Assembly (NCBI GenBank): GCA_934613415.1
Contig: CAKTSY010000003.1
Coordinates: forward strand, 30,001 to 62,000
Origin: an uncultured Opitutales bacterium
GTDB lineage: Bacteria; Verrucomicrobiota; Verrucomicrobiia; Opitutales; Intestinicryptomonadaceae
Reading direction: 5' to 3'
Length of the DNA stretch: 32,000 bases
A model generated the notes under the pieces. It had not been told where the DNA came from. It saw only the letters and a program-made list of their open reading frames with translations, and ran no database searches. Position numbers and translations under genes: made by a program. Shown here piece by piece: positions 17,604 through 25,658 of this stretch; the first letter of the stretch is position 1, and each line of letters begins with the position of its first letter.

Positions 17604-18418
17604 AGCGTTTTGTCGGCGTTTTCTAGCACCGATTCCAAAGAGCGTGCGTCGGGCAAAACTTCGCAATCTATGTCGTCGAAGGCCTTGTTTTGCGAAATCG
17701 CCAATTTTTTAAGCCTGCAAAGTTCCAATACGGCAATCAGCGTAGAAACAATATACATATACGAGCGCGGCGAATCTTCAAAAAGGCTGCCAAACGTAAA
17801 CTTCTTTTTGTCGAGTTTTAAGATATATTCCATTCGGTCGGTAACGGTTACCAACTCGTCCTTAATTTCGCCCTTAACAAGACTTTCGGCCAAACGCCTT
17901 AGCACAAGGTTAAAGGTGTTCCAAATTTCTATTCTGTCGGAGGTCGACAACGGGCGTTCGGCGTCCGACAAGTCTTTTTCGTAGCAGTTGCGCTGCATAC
18001 AAAGCTGGCGCGCCCTAATTAAGTCGTCCAACTCGTAGGCTGCCTGTTTTACTTTTTTATATTCCAAAAGCTGCTCTACAAGCTCCCATCTTGGGTCCGA
18101 AGGCTCGTCTTGGTCGTCGTCGTTAACGGCGGTTTCGTCGGTAGGCAAAAGCATTCTGCTTTTTATATACATCAATGTTGCCGCCATTACAAAAAATTCG
18201 CCGGCCAAATCCAGATTAAGCTTTTCCATAGACTTTAGCACCGCCAAATACTGCGTTGTTACGCTTTCTATCGGAATGTCGTAAATGTCTATTTCGTTTT
18301 TGCGAATAAGGAACAAAAGCAAGTCCAAAGGGCCTTCAAACACGGGCAATTTAACCGAAATGTCGTCGGAGGCAAAAAGCAGGGAATCCTGCACGGGTTC
18401 TTTTGGAGAGCTTTCCAT
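17600..18418 (-). CDS. scpA: Segregation and condensation protein A (kleisin of the SMC complex)
   Basis: Characteristic N-terminal motif FEGPLDLLLFLIRKNEIDIYDIPI, followed by TTQYL. C-terminal winged-helix segment (VSTLIAVLELCRLKKLAISQ). 272 aa. Confidence 0.9.
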   Translation of the reverse strand: MESSPKEPVQDSLLFASDDISVKLPVFEGPLDLLLFLIRKNEIDIYDIPIESVTTQYLAVLKSMEKLNLDLAGEFFVMAATLMYIKSRMLLPTDETAVNDDDQDEPSDPRWELVEQLLEYKKVKQAAYELDDLIRARQLCMQRNCYEKDLSDAERPLSTSDRIEIWNTFNLVLRRLAESLVKGEIKDELVTVTDRMEYILKLDKKKFTFGSLFEDSPRSYMYIVSTLIAVLELCRLKKLAISQNKAFDDIDCEVLPDARSLESVLENADKTL

Positions 18419-18424
18419 ACAAAA

Positions 18425-20809
18425 CTAGAACGTTACCAATTCAAGATTTACGCCAAACGAAAATCCGTCGGAACGCGTTGCCCCGCTTCGCAGCATGATA
18501 TAGTATTCAACTATCCAACCGTTGCCAACCCTTGTTTGCAGCGCGTAAACTTGCTCCGTAATTTTCGAAAGTTTCGAATCGTAGCGCCACCTGCCCCACA
18601 CTTTGTAGTTTTGGGTTATCTTATATTCCAAATCAAGCCAATACTGGCTTATTTGCCCCTCCATATAGTTGGTTACCAACTGGATTGCAAAAGCGTCGCC
18701 GTCCATAAGCCTTATGTAATAGTCGGCCTGGTTAAAATAGCCCTCCTTTACGTCGGTTCTGGTATACAGCCCCGTTTGTATCCATTCGGCGGGATACAAA
18801 TCAAACCCAGCAAATAAGTCCGAATAATTGCGCATTTTGCGGGTGTATCCATACGAATTTACATAGGTTGGTTGGTCTTTAAAGTTAAAGTCTTGAAAAA
18901 TATTTAGCGACGCTATTTTGCGCGAACCGTAGCCCGAAGCCCTTGTATAAAACGCGTTTTCAATGCCCGCCCTTAATGTGCTTGTGTCGTAAAGGTTGTC
19001 TACATCGCGACTAAGCCCCAAGTCTAGCATCGACGGCATTGTCGAAAACACGTTTTTGTCTATCATGGGAATTCTGTTTGCACCCTGCGATGCTTTGGGA
19101 ATGTACCTATATTGCAAAATCGGACGCAAGTTGTGCCTAAAGCCGTCAATGTCTAGGCTGTCGCTTTTAAATTCCCACGTTCCCCACGCGTTCATATCGG
19201 CATCAAAACCTATTTGGCCCAGCATTCTAACATAGTTCGAATCGCCTGTCATTGTGTTGTTGTAGTAGGTAAGCCTGCCGCCCATAACCGGGGTAAACGA
19301 GCTCCACGAAGTAAGCGCAAAGGGACGGTCTATGCCGTAGTATGCGTCTATTCTGTCGCTGTCTATATAGCGGCCGTATATGCTGTTGGAAAATTCCCTT
19401 AGGTGAACTGCGCTGGCATAGTAGGTTTGGTTTATGCCTGTTTGCCCTATCTGCACCGGCTGCCTAAAAAAGCTTATTTCTGGCAAACGCTGCTGGGTTT
19501 GAACCCAATCGTTTGGAGCAAACCTTGTAAACAAGTTTGCCGAATATGTTTCGCCAAAATAGGTTGCCTGAACAAAGTTATCGGGAATCTGGTTTTCGTA
19601 GAACAATCTGGGGCGAAAATCCCTTAAAGTTTCCGAGTCTTTCCACCAATTTAAATACCCAGTAAGTTCTATATTGTCGTTTACAGTCTGCTTATGACGC
19701 CAGTCTATAAAATAGCGGTTTGCGCCTATGGGGCGGTCTAAAACGTCAAAGCCCAAGTCTTTTTTCGAGCCTGTGTCGTATATGTAGCCCGTGTTTAGCG
19801 AACCTGTTATTTTGGTGTTTGCGCCAGAATATTCGTATTCGCCCGCAGGGCCGAACAATACCGAACGCGAAGTGTAAAAGTCGAAATTTGCCCCGTAGTG
19901 GATAATTTCGGAACCCGTATAAATTACGGTGTTTCGCCCGTAAACGCCGTAGTCACCGTTATAGCCGTAGTCTAGCTCTACCTTAAAGGGGGGCTTGCGC
20001 GGGTGCTGCTGCTCGAAATGCGAAACATTCATAAACGGCAAAGAACCAAGATAAAAGTCTATGTCGTCCATATAAAGGGTGTCGGTTTCGGCGTTGTAGC
20101 TAAACGACTTTGCCTTTGCCGAAAGAGATGCAAACGCAGGCTCGTTAAAATAAACCTGACTTTCCTTTGCCGAAACCTCTTTTTTATTGCCCTTTACGTC
20201 TTTAGATTCGGCATAAATCGGGTATGTGCCAATCCTTAAATATTCGCTTGAAAATGCGTTTTTGGCAACGTCCATATCTGCCGATGGGCTTGCCAGCCTA
20301 AAAAACCTTGTGTTTGCGCGAACATCGCCCTCTAAGTGCGCATAACCCGTGTTTTGGTTGTACTGTATTTTATCGGCGTCTAGCTCGAATTCCTTGTCGC
20401 TAATTTTGGCGTTTTTTTGAGCGGTTAAAACGCCGGTTTTTTCGTCGTAAACAATGGGTTCGTCGGCCTGAAGCTGCGGCATTGCACCCTTGTAAAGGTC
20501 CAATATCGAGTTCTTTTTGGCGGCGGCGTTTTTCTTGCCCGAAAGCTTGTTTTTAAGGTTTTCGGTTGCCTCGTCGTTTACGGGAACTTTTATTGAAAGG
20601 TCTTTGCCGGCGTTATCGGTTGCGTTTTGCAGTGCCGCGCCCGAAAGGGGTGCAAACGCCAAAAGAGCCGCAAAAAGCGGATATTCTATATTTTTAAAAT
20701 TCACGCCATTATAATTACCACAACCAAAATGCTCTACAAGCTTTTTTTTAGTTGGCAACAAACGCAAAAAAAGAAATTTGCCCCTAGTTTTTCGGGCAAT
20801 TTTTTGCAA
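18425..20809 (-). CDS. lptD: LptD/OstA-like outer-membrane beta-barrel protein (LPS assembly)
   Basis: N-terminal OstA-like beta-jellyroll segment (LTAQKNAKISDKEFELDADKIQYNQNTGYAHLEGDVRANT). It is followed by ~550 aa of alternating aromatic/polar beta-strand pattern rich in Y/W/G/N/D, ending in the OMP-type terminal Phe (GVNLELVTF). The start is uncertain. The ATG at 20809 overlaps the upstream gene by 26 nt. An in-frame GTG at 20704 gives a cleaner signal peptide (VNFKNIEYPLFAALLAFAPLSGAALQ). Confidence 0.65.
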   Translation of the reverse strand: MQKIARKTRGKFLFLRLLPTKKKLVEHFGCGNYNGVNFKNIEYPLFAALLAFAPLSGAALQNATDNAGKDLSIKVPVNDEATENLKNKLSGKKNAAAKKNSILDLYKGAMPQLQADEPIVYDEKTGVLTAQKNAKISDKEFELDADKIQYNQNTGYAHLEGDVRANTRFFRLASPSADMDVAKNAFSSEYLRIGTYPIYAESKDVKGNKKEVSAKESQVYFNEPAFASLSAKAKSFSYNAETDTLYMDDIDFYLGSLPFMNVSHFEQQHPRKPPFKVELDYGYNGDYGVYGRNTVIYTGSEIIHYGANFDFYTSRSVLFGPAGEYEYSGANTKITGSLNTGYIYDTGSKKDLGFDVLDRPIGANRYFIDWRHKQTVNDNIELTGYLNWWKDSETLRDFRPRLFYENQIPDNFVQATYFGETYSANLFTRFAPNDWVQTQQRLPEISFFRQPVQIGQTGINQTYYASAVHLREFSNSIYGRYIDSDRIDAYYGIDRPFALTSWSSFTPVMGGRLTYYNNTMTGDSNYVRMLGQIGFDADMNAWGTWEFKSDSLDIDGFRHNLRPILQYRYIPKASQGANRIPMIDKNVFSTMPSMLDLGLSRDVDNLYDTSTLRAGIENAFYTRASGYGSRKIASLNIFQDFNFKDQPTYVNSYGYTRKMRNYSDLFAGFDLYPAEWIQTGLYTRTDVKEGYFNQADYYIRLMDGDAFAIQLVTNYMEGQISQYWLDLEYKITQNYKVWGRWRYDSKLSKITEQVYALQTRVGNGWIVEYYIMLRSGATRSDGFSFGVNLELVTF

Positions 20810-21683
20810 AATACTGCAATGCCTTATAGCACAATTTTGCGGAATCGCCGTTTTTTGCGTTTTCTATATATACGGCAAGCGCCGCATTGTTAAACACCGC
20901 CAAAACAAAGGCACTGTTGCCGCGCGAATACGAAAACGCTTTGCATTTTACGCCGTCTACCGAAAAATCTTTGCCAAAATCTTTTTGCTCGGATTTTAAA
21001 AATCCGTCTATCAAAAAGCATAAGTCTTTGGCGTTTAAGCTAAAGCTAAAAACAAAATCCATTAAAGGCGCGTTGTCTTCAGCCTTAATCGAGGGGTATT
21101 TTTTGCCCAAAAGCTCTTTTTGCATAAGGCAAAACTTTTGCCTATAATTTGCAAAACTTTTATATTTTGCGTAGCACATTGCGCAATACGCCAAAGTTGC
21201 CGACAACTTATTTTCGCTCAAAACCGCGCTTTTTTCTATTGGCGCATTTTGCATTTGCCTTGCGTACGAAAACAAAAAATCTAAATCGCCGTCTTTGCTA
21301 AAAGACTTTGCAATTTCGGGATTTGCCGAGATTTTACCGCTTAATAAGTCGTTAAAAGTTAAATTTTCGCCGCACAAAGCCGCAAAATATCCGCACAAAT
21401 CTATAAGTTTTTTATTTCTAAACTTTTTGCCCGAATCTTCCAGTGTGTTTGCCATTTCGTCGACCAGCAAAACCGAAGCCGAGCCAAGCACAATGGGCTT
21501 GTTGTAATCGCTGTTGCCGGATATGCGGAAAGATTCGCTTTCTACCATACAGGCAACGCCTTTTGCCGAATTATTTTGCAGCAAAATGTCGAAATATGCC
21601 GAAAAGTCTTTAAAGCCCAAACTTTCGGCGAAAAGCGAAAATGTCCAAAACGCCAAAAGCAGCAGGGCAAAACCCTTTTTCAT
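20784..21683 (-). CDS. Secreted hypothetical protein (299 aa), possibly a beta-lactamase-fold/serine-hydrolase-like protein without an obvious active site
   Basis: Clear signal peptide (MKKGFALLLLAFWTFSLFA|ES). The segment KGVACMVESESFRISGNSDYNKPIVLGSASVLLVDEMA resembles the region around the SxxK motif of class C/PBP4*-type serine hydrolases, but no S-x-x-K is present. The fold call is a by-eye impression only. Confidence 0.35.
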   Translation of the reverse strand: MKKGFALLLLAFWTFSLFAESLGFKDFSAYFDILLQNNSAKGVACMVESESFRISGNSDYNKPIVLGSASVLLVDEMANTLEDSGKKFRNKKLIDLCGYFAALCGENLTFNDLLSGKISANPEIAKSFSKDGDLDFLFSYARQMQNAPIEKSAVLSENKLSATLAYCAMCYAKYKSFANYRQKFCLMQKELLGKKYPSIKAEDNAPLMDFVFSFSLNAKDLCFLIDGFLKSEQKDFGKDFSVDGVKCKAFSYSRGNSAFVLAVFNNAALAVYIENAKNGDSAKLCYKALQYFAKNCPKN

Positions 21684-21684
21684 A

Positions 21685-22620
21685 TCAATCTATTTTATAG
21701 CGTTTTACCGCCCTTTTGCCCGTCTTTTCAAAATACCAGTTTTCGCACGAAGGCGGCACTTTCATCTCCGACAAAATTTCGTCGAATTCTAGCGGACGCG
21801 TTTTTATTTTCCCGTATAAGTCGAAGCAGTCTAGCGACAAATCTACGGGGCTTTTAAGCTCGGTTTTGTTTACAAATTCGTTTACGTCTAGCGAAAAGTG
21901 TTCGCAAATTCGGCGGGCAATGTCGTAGCGGCTAAGGCTTTCGCTGCCGCAAAAATGGTGAATACCGGTAATAGAAGTTCTTTCGCAAAGCTCAACTAAA
22001 ACATCGGCAATGTTCCTTGCAGACGAAGGCTTTCTTATGTCGTTTACTGGGGCGTCTATTTTCTGCCCCGAAGCCCAGGCAATAAAATGCTTTTCGTTAA
22101 GCGAGCGGTTGCCTGCAAGCCCGTTGCCGCAAACGTGGGTAATTCTTAACACAACGCTGTTTTTTGCGGCGGCAGCCAGCACTTTTTTTTCGGCAATAAG
22201 CTTCATTTGCCCGTAAAGATTAAAGGGCATCGGCATATCGGTAAATATATATGGAGCTTTTGTGCCGTCGAAAACCATATCGGTAGACAAATGCAAAAAG
22301 CGCGCCGAAACGTGAAAAGCCATTTGCGCCAAGCGTTCGGGAAGGTCTATGTTAAGCTTTTTAGCCAAATCTACGTTTTTGTCGACCACCGCGGGGCTTG
22401 ATATTGCCGCGCAATTTACTATAGCGTCGGGGAACATATCCAAAACCATTCGCTGAACGGCGTTTGTATCCCTTAAGTCGCAGCGTACCGAAGTTAGATT
22501 TTTACGTTCGGGCAAAGCAAGGCGGTCGTATAAAGCGACAACCTTATGCCCTCTTTCCAAGGCCTGATTAACAAAATTCCAGCCAACCAAACCCGAAGCT
22601 CCTGTGCAAATTATCAACAT
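21685..22620 (-). CDS. SDR-family NAD(P)-dependent reductase, RmlD-like (dTDP-4-dehydrorhamnose reductase family)
   Basis: Rossmann motif at the N-terminus (MLIICTGASGLVGWNF). RmlD-type STDMVFDG motif. Catalytic YxxxK (LYGQMK). 311 aa with a ~45-aa C-terminal extension. The stop lies 1 nt from the start of the next gene. Confidence 0.75.
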   Translation of the reverse strand: MLIICTGASGLVGWNFVNQALERGHKVVALYDRLALPERKNLTSVRCDLRDTNAVQRMVLDMFPDAIVNCAAISSPAVVDKNVDLAKKLNIDLPERLAQMAFHVSARFLHLSTDMVFDGTKAPYIFTDMPMPFNLYGQMKLIAEKKVLAAAAKNSVVLRITHVCGNGLAGNRSLNEKHFIAWASGQKIDAPVNDIRKPSSARNIADVLVELCERTSITGIHHFCGSESLSRYDIARRICEHFSLDVNEFVNKTELKSPVDLSLDCFDLYGKIKTRPLEFDEILSEMKVPPSCENWYFEKTGKRAVKRYKID

Positions 22621-22692
22621 AGTAAAACAATGCTTAAATATTTTATCTTAACTTGCAAATCCTAAATTTATTCCAATAATACCCCTATTATT
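22621..22692. promoter_or_regulatory. Divergent promoter region (RmlD-like operon <-> hisC)
   Basis: 72-bp AT-rich gap between divergently transcribed first genes, so promoters for both directions must lie here. I cannot call hexamers confidently. No Shine-Dalgarno motif before either start. Confidence 0.4.
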
Positions 22693-23781
22693 ATGAAACT
22701 GGAAAATATTTTAAGACCCTCTATTTTAAAACAGCCGCAATATGTTGCGGGCAAACCCATAGAATATGTTGCAAGGGAATTCGGGCTAGACCCCGACAAT
22801 ATCCTTAAAATGGCGTCGAACGAAAACCCGTTGGGGCCCTCGCCCAAAGCGGTTGCCGCCCTCGCTGAAGAGGCTAAAAAACTTAATTATTACCCCGACT
22901 CCGGCTGCTTCGACCTAAGGCAAAAGCTTGCCAAAAGGCTTGGGCTTAAACCCGAACAGTTCATATTCGGCAACGGCTCTAACGAAATTTTAGAGCTTAT
23001 TGCCCACACTTTTTTGGAGAAGGGTACAAACGCGGTTTTCGGCGCACAGTCGTTTATAGTATATAAGCTCTCTACAATGCTTATGGACGCCGAATGCCGC
23101 GCGGTTGAAATGCCCAACCTTAGGTACGACTACAACCTTTTGCTTAAGGCTGTAGACGAAAACACAAGAGTTGTGTTCATTGCAAGCCCCAACAACCCCA
23201 CGGGCACAAACACCTCGCAGGAAGAGCTAGACAACTTTATTTCGAAGCTGCCCGACACTTGCGTACTTGTGTTCGACGCCGCCTACACCGAATTTGAAGA
23301 CAAGCCCCTAGACCTTAAAAAACACGTTTTGGCGGGCAAAAAAGTAATAAGCGCACACACGTTCTCTAAAATATACGGTTTGGCGGGCTTGCGCGTAGGC
23401 TATGCCTTTACAACCGAAGAAATCGCCTCGTATATACAAAGAACAAAAGAGCCTTTCAATGTAAACTCTTTGGCGCAAAAGGCAGCCATTGCCGCTTTAG
23501 ACGACGATGAGTTTGTAAACAAAAGCCGCACCATAAACAAAGAGCAAAAGGTAATTATAGCCAAAGCCTTTAAGGAATGGAATTTGGAATTTATTGCAGA
23601 AGGCGCAAACTTTGTAATGGTAAAGGTTAAAGACGCATTGAAAAAATTTGAGGCTTTGGAAAAAGTCGGCATTATTGTGCGCCCCAACGTTGGCTACGGC
23701 CTGCCCGACTGGCTTAGAATAACCATAGGCACGCCCGAACAAAACGAAAGATTCTTAAAAGAGTTTAAAAAGCTCTTGTAG
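22693..23781 (+). CDS. hisC: Histidinol-phosphate aminotransferase
   Basis: 362 aa. Motifs: MASNENPLGPSP, NGSNEILELI, ASPNNPTG, and the PLP-lysine motif HTFSKIYGLAGLRVGY. Confidence 0.92.
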   Translation: MKLENILRPSILKQPQYVAGKPIEYVAREFGLDPDNILKMASNENPLGPSPKAVAALAEEAKKLNYYPDSGCFDLRQKLAKRLGLKPEQFIFGNGSNEILELIAHTFLEKGTNAVFGAQSFIVYKLSTMLMDAECRAVEMPNLRYDYNLLLKAVDENTRVVFIASPNNPTGTNTSQEELDNFISKLPDTCVLVFDAAYTEFEDKPLDLKKHVLAGKKVISAHTFSKIYGLAGLRVGYAFTTEEIASYIQRTKEPFNVNSLAQKAAIAALDDDEFVNKSRTINKEQKVIIAKAFKEWNLEFIAEGANFVMVKVKDALKKFEALEKVGIIVRPNVGYGLPDWLRITIGTPEQNERFLKEFKKLL

Positions 23782-23786
23782 GCTTT

Positions 23787-25085
23787 ATGAACTGGCTTTT
23801 GGTTGCGGCAAGTTTTTTTGGCGTAGTTTTGTGCTGCGCATTTTCGTTTGCGCTTAGCGGGCTTAGGTTTGCGCTGGCAAAGCTTAAGTTTGCGGGCGCA
23901 AAAGACAAAAAATTTCCGCAGACAAAGGCCGAAAAGTTCTTGCTTGAAAAATCGCGCGAGGCTTCAATTGCCGTAAGCATGGCAACAAAGCTTTCGTTTG
24001 CGCTTAACGGGCTTTTTGTGTTTTCGGGGCTTGTAAAGCTGTTCGAAAATTTTTCGGTAGGGTTTTCTACGGGGCAAACCGCGCTATTGGTTACGTTTTC
24101 TTTTGTGGCGGCAACCTTTTTGCAATACTGCTTTGCCGAGATGCCTGCCTGCTACTATGCAAGCGCCTATCCCGAAAAAACGCTTTCGCTTTCGGCAAAG
24201 CCCTTCTTTTTTGTGTTTGCGCTTTTAGCCCCATTTGAGTTTGCCTCGCGCAAGCTTGCGTGCAAAATTTTCGGCAAAAAGATTGAAAACGAGCTAGATT
24301 CATTCGACTATATAGACGTAGACGTAAAACTTCGCGCCGAAGAAAGCGAAACGGGGCAGCTTGGCTCGGTGGAGGAAAGCATTGTAAAAAACACAATGCG
24401 CCTTAACGACTTGGAAGTTTTCGACGTAATGATTCCGCGAAACGAAGCATCGTTTATAAACCTAAACGACTCTTTTGAACAGAATATGGCAATGATACGC
24501 CAAACGCGACACATACGCTACCCCATCTGCAACGGCGACTTGGACAAGTGCGAAGGTTTCTTGCATATAAAAGACATTGCAGTGCTCCCCGTAAGCAACA
24601 ACGATTTTATTTCGCTTAAAAGGGAAATCTTAAAGATTAGCGAAAACGAAAGGATTTCGGAGGCATTTTCGATATTCAAAGAGGGCAAATCTAAAATAGC
24701 CTTGGTGCTAGACGAATTTGGCGGAGCTTCGGGCATACTTACGCTCGACTGCATTGTCGAAGCCGTAATAGGCAATATGCGCGACGAATTCGACAAAACG
24801 GGGTTAAAATCGGCAAAAAAACTGGGCGAAAACAACTACGAAACCGACGGGCTAAAACCCCTAAGGGAATTTTCGGCGGAAACGGGCATACAGATAGATT
24901 CCGACACATCTACCACCATAGGCGGGCTTATTACCGAAACGCTTGGGCGTTTCCCAAAAATTGGCGAAACCGTGAAAATACCCGACACAAACGTTTTAAT
25001 TAAAATAAAAAGTTTGGAAAAAACGCGAATAGGAACATGCATTGTTATGCTTAAAGAACCCGAAGAAAACGGCTCGGAAAACTAG
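23787..25085 (+). CDS. CNNM/TlyC-family membrane protein (DUF21 TM domain + CBS pair + CorC_HlyC domain)
   Basis: Four N-terminal TM helices. CBS-pair region (VKNTMRLNDLEVFDVMIPRNEASFINL ... GFLHIKDI ... KIALVLDEFGGASGILTLDCIVEAVIG). C-terminal CorC/HlyC transporter-associated domain (YETDGLKPLREFSAETGIQIDSDTSTTIGGLITETLGRFPKIGETV). It starts 5 nt after hisC. Confidence 0.85.
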   Translation: MNWLLVAASFFGVVLCCAFSFALSGLRFALAKLKFAGAKDKKFPQTKAEKFLLEKSREASIAVSMATKLSFALNGLFVFSGLVKLFENFSVGFSTGQTALLVTFSFVAATFLQYCFAEMPACYYASAYPEKTLSLSAKPFFFVFALLAPFEFASRKLACKIFGKKIENELDSFDYIDVDVKLRAEESETGQLGSVEESIVKNTMRLNDLEVFDVMIPRNEASFINLNDSFEQNMAMIRQTRHIRYPICNGDLDKCEGFLHIKDIAVLPVSNNDFISLKREILKISENERISEAFSIFKEGKSKIALVLDEFGGASGILTLDCIVEAVIGNMRDEFDKTGLKSAKKLGENNYETDGLKPLREFSAETGIQIDSDTSTTIGGLITETLGRFPKIGETVKIPDTNVLIKIKSLEKTRIGTCIVMLKEPEENGSEN

Positions 25086-25111
25086 AAAAAAATTCCCCCT
25101 ATTGCCCCACA

Positions 25112-25143
25112 AAAAAATCCGCAACTTAGATTGCGGATTTTTT
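25112..25143. terminator. Bidirectional rho-independent terminator
   Basis: Perfect 13-bp inverted repeat: aaaaaatccgcaa (25112-25124), loop cttaga, ttgcggatttttt (25131-25143). It sits between the convergent genes ending at 25085 (+) and 25173 (-). Confidence 0.85.
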
Positions 25144-25172
25144 GTTTGTCGAAAATTAAAGAAATTTTTCGC

Positions 25173-25526
25173 CTATTTTTTAAGCGAATCTATATATTTC
25201 CAAAAATTGTCTTCCTGTTCAACCAAAGTCTCTTCCTTAAAGGGAAGTTTAAAGCGGAACACAAAGTCTGCAATGGTGTGTTGGTGCAACGCCCAATTTG
25301 CAAAAATTTTGCCGTCTTTAATTTCGAAATATATGCGGTATTCGCCCGCCCTAAGCCTGTAAAACTCTTTGCCCGAACGCCTTACCTTGCCTATATTCGG
25401 GCATTTGTCGTTCAGCAAATCGTCGGCGTTTACCGAACTTAAAACGTCCATAATTTCCAACTGGGAAAGCTTGTCCATTTTGTTTAGCTCGCCCATACAC
25501 TGGTCGCTGAAGATTACCTGAAACAT
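25173..25526 (-). CDS. RelE/ParE-superfamily toxin-like protein (117 aa) with a ~35-aa C-terminal extension
   Basis: From the ATG at 25526: MFQVIFSDQCMGELNKMDKLSQLEIMDVL...NDKCPNIGKVRRSGKEFYRLRAGEYRIYFEIKDGKIF. This follows the RelE/ParE pattern (M-x-y-x-v-x-f-s..a..dL.kL...., then G.k.l.g...yRlRvGdYRiiyei.d..i). The ORF-track start at 25556 is a TTG that adds a hydrophobic decapeptide. No partner ORF is adjacent. Confidence 0.6.
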   Translation of the reverse strand: MFQVIFSDQCMGELNKMDKLSQLEIMDVLSSVNADDLLNDKCPNIGKVRRSGKEFYRLRAGEYRIYFEIKDGKIFANWALHQHTIADFVFRFKLPFKEETLVEQEDNFWKYIDSLKK

Positions 25527-25658
25527 AATGAAAAAAGCAAAAAGCAAACCGCGCAATAATTCAACCTTTTTTTGCCGCGTTTAAAGTTTTTATTTTTTTG
25601 AAACATTTAAGCGAAGTTTGCGTTTTAACTTAACGAACAAATTAAAACACCAAAGAAT
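25527..25658. promoter_or_regulatory. Divergent promoter region (RelE-like gene <-> EF-hand gene)
   Basis: 132-bp AT-rich gap between divergently oriented genes, each bounded on its far side by a terminator. Both promoters must therefore lie here. Hexamers not called. Confidence 0.4.

Noticed and set aside
23862-23904. An imperfect 21-bp tandem duplication (cttaggtttgcgctggcaaag / cttaagtttgcgggcgcaaaa, about 16 of 21 identical) near the 5' end of the CNNM gene.
   Set aside because: It is in frame and encodes LRFALAK/LKFAGAK within the first loop of the DUF21 domain. It is a small local duplication with no regulatory or mobile signature.
25514-25606. A 30-aa minus-strand ORF upstream of, and overlapping, the RelE-like gene, considered as its missing antitoxin.
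   Set aside because: It is very short, strongly basic then hydrophobic, and lacks any DNA-binding or RelB/ParD-like character. It is in a different frame with no start context. It is mentioned in the toxin finding but not called as a gene.
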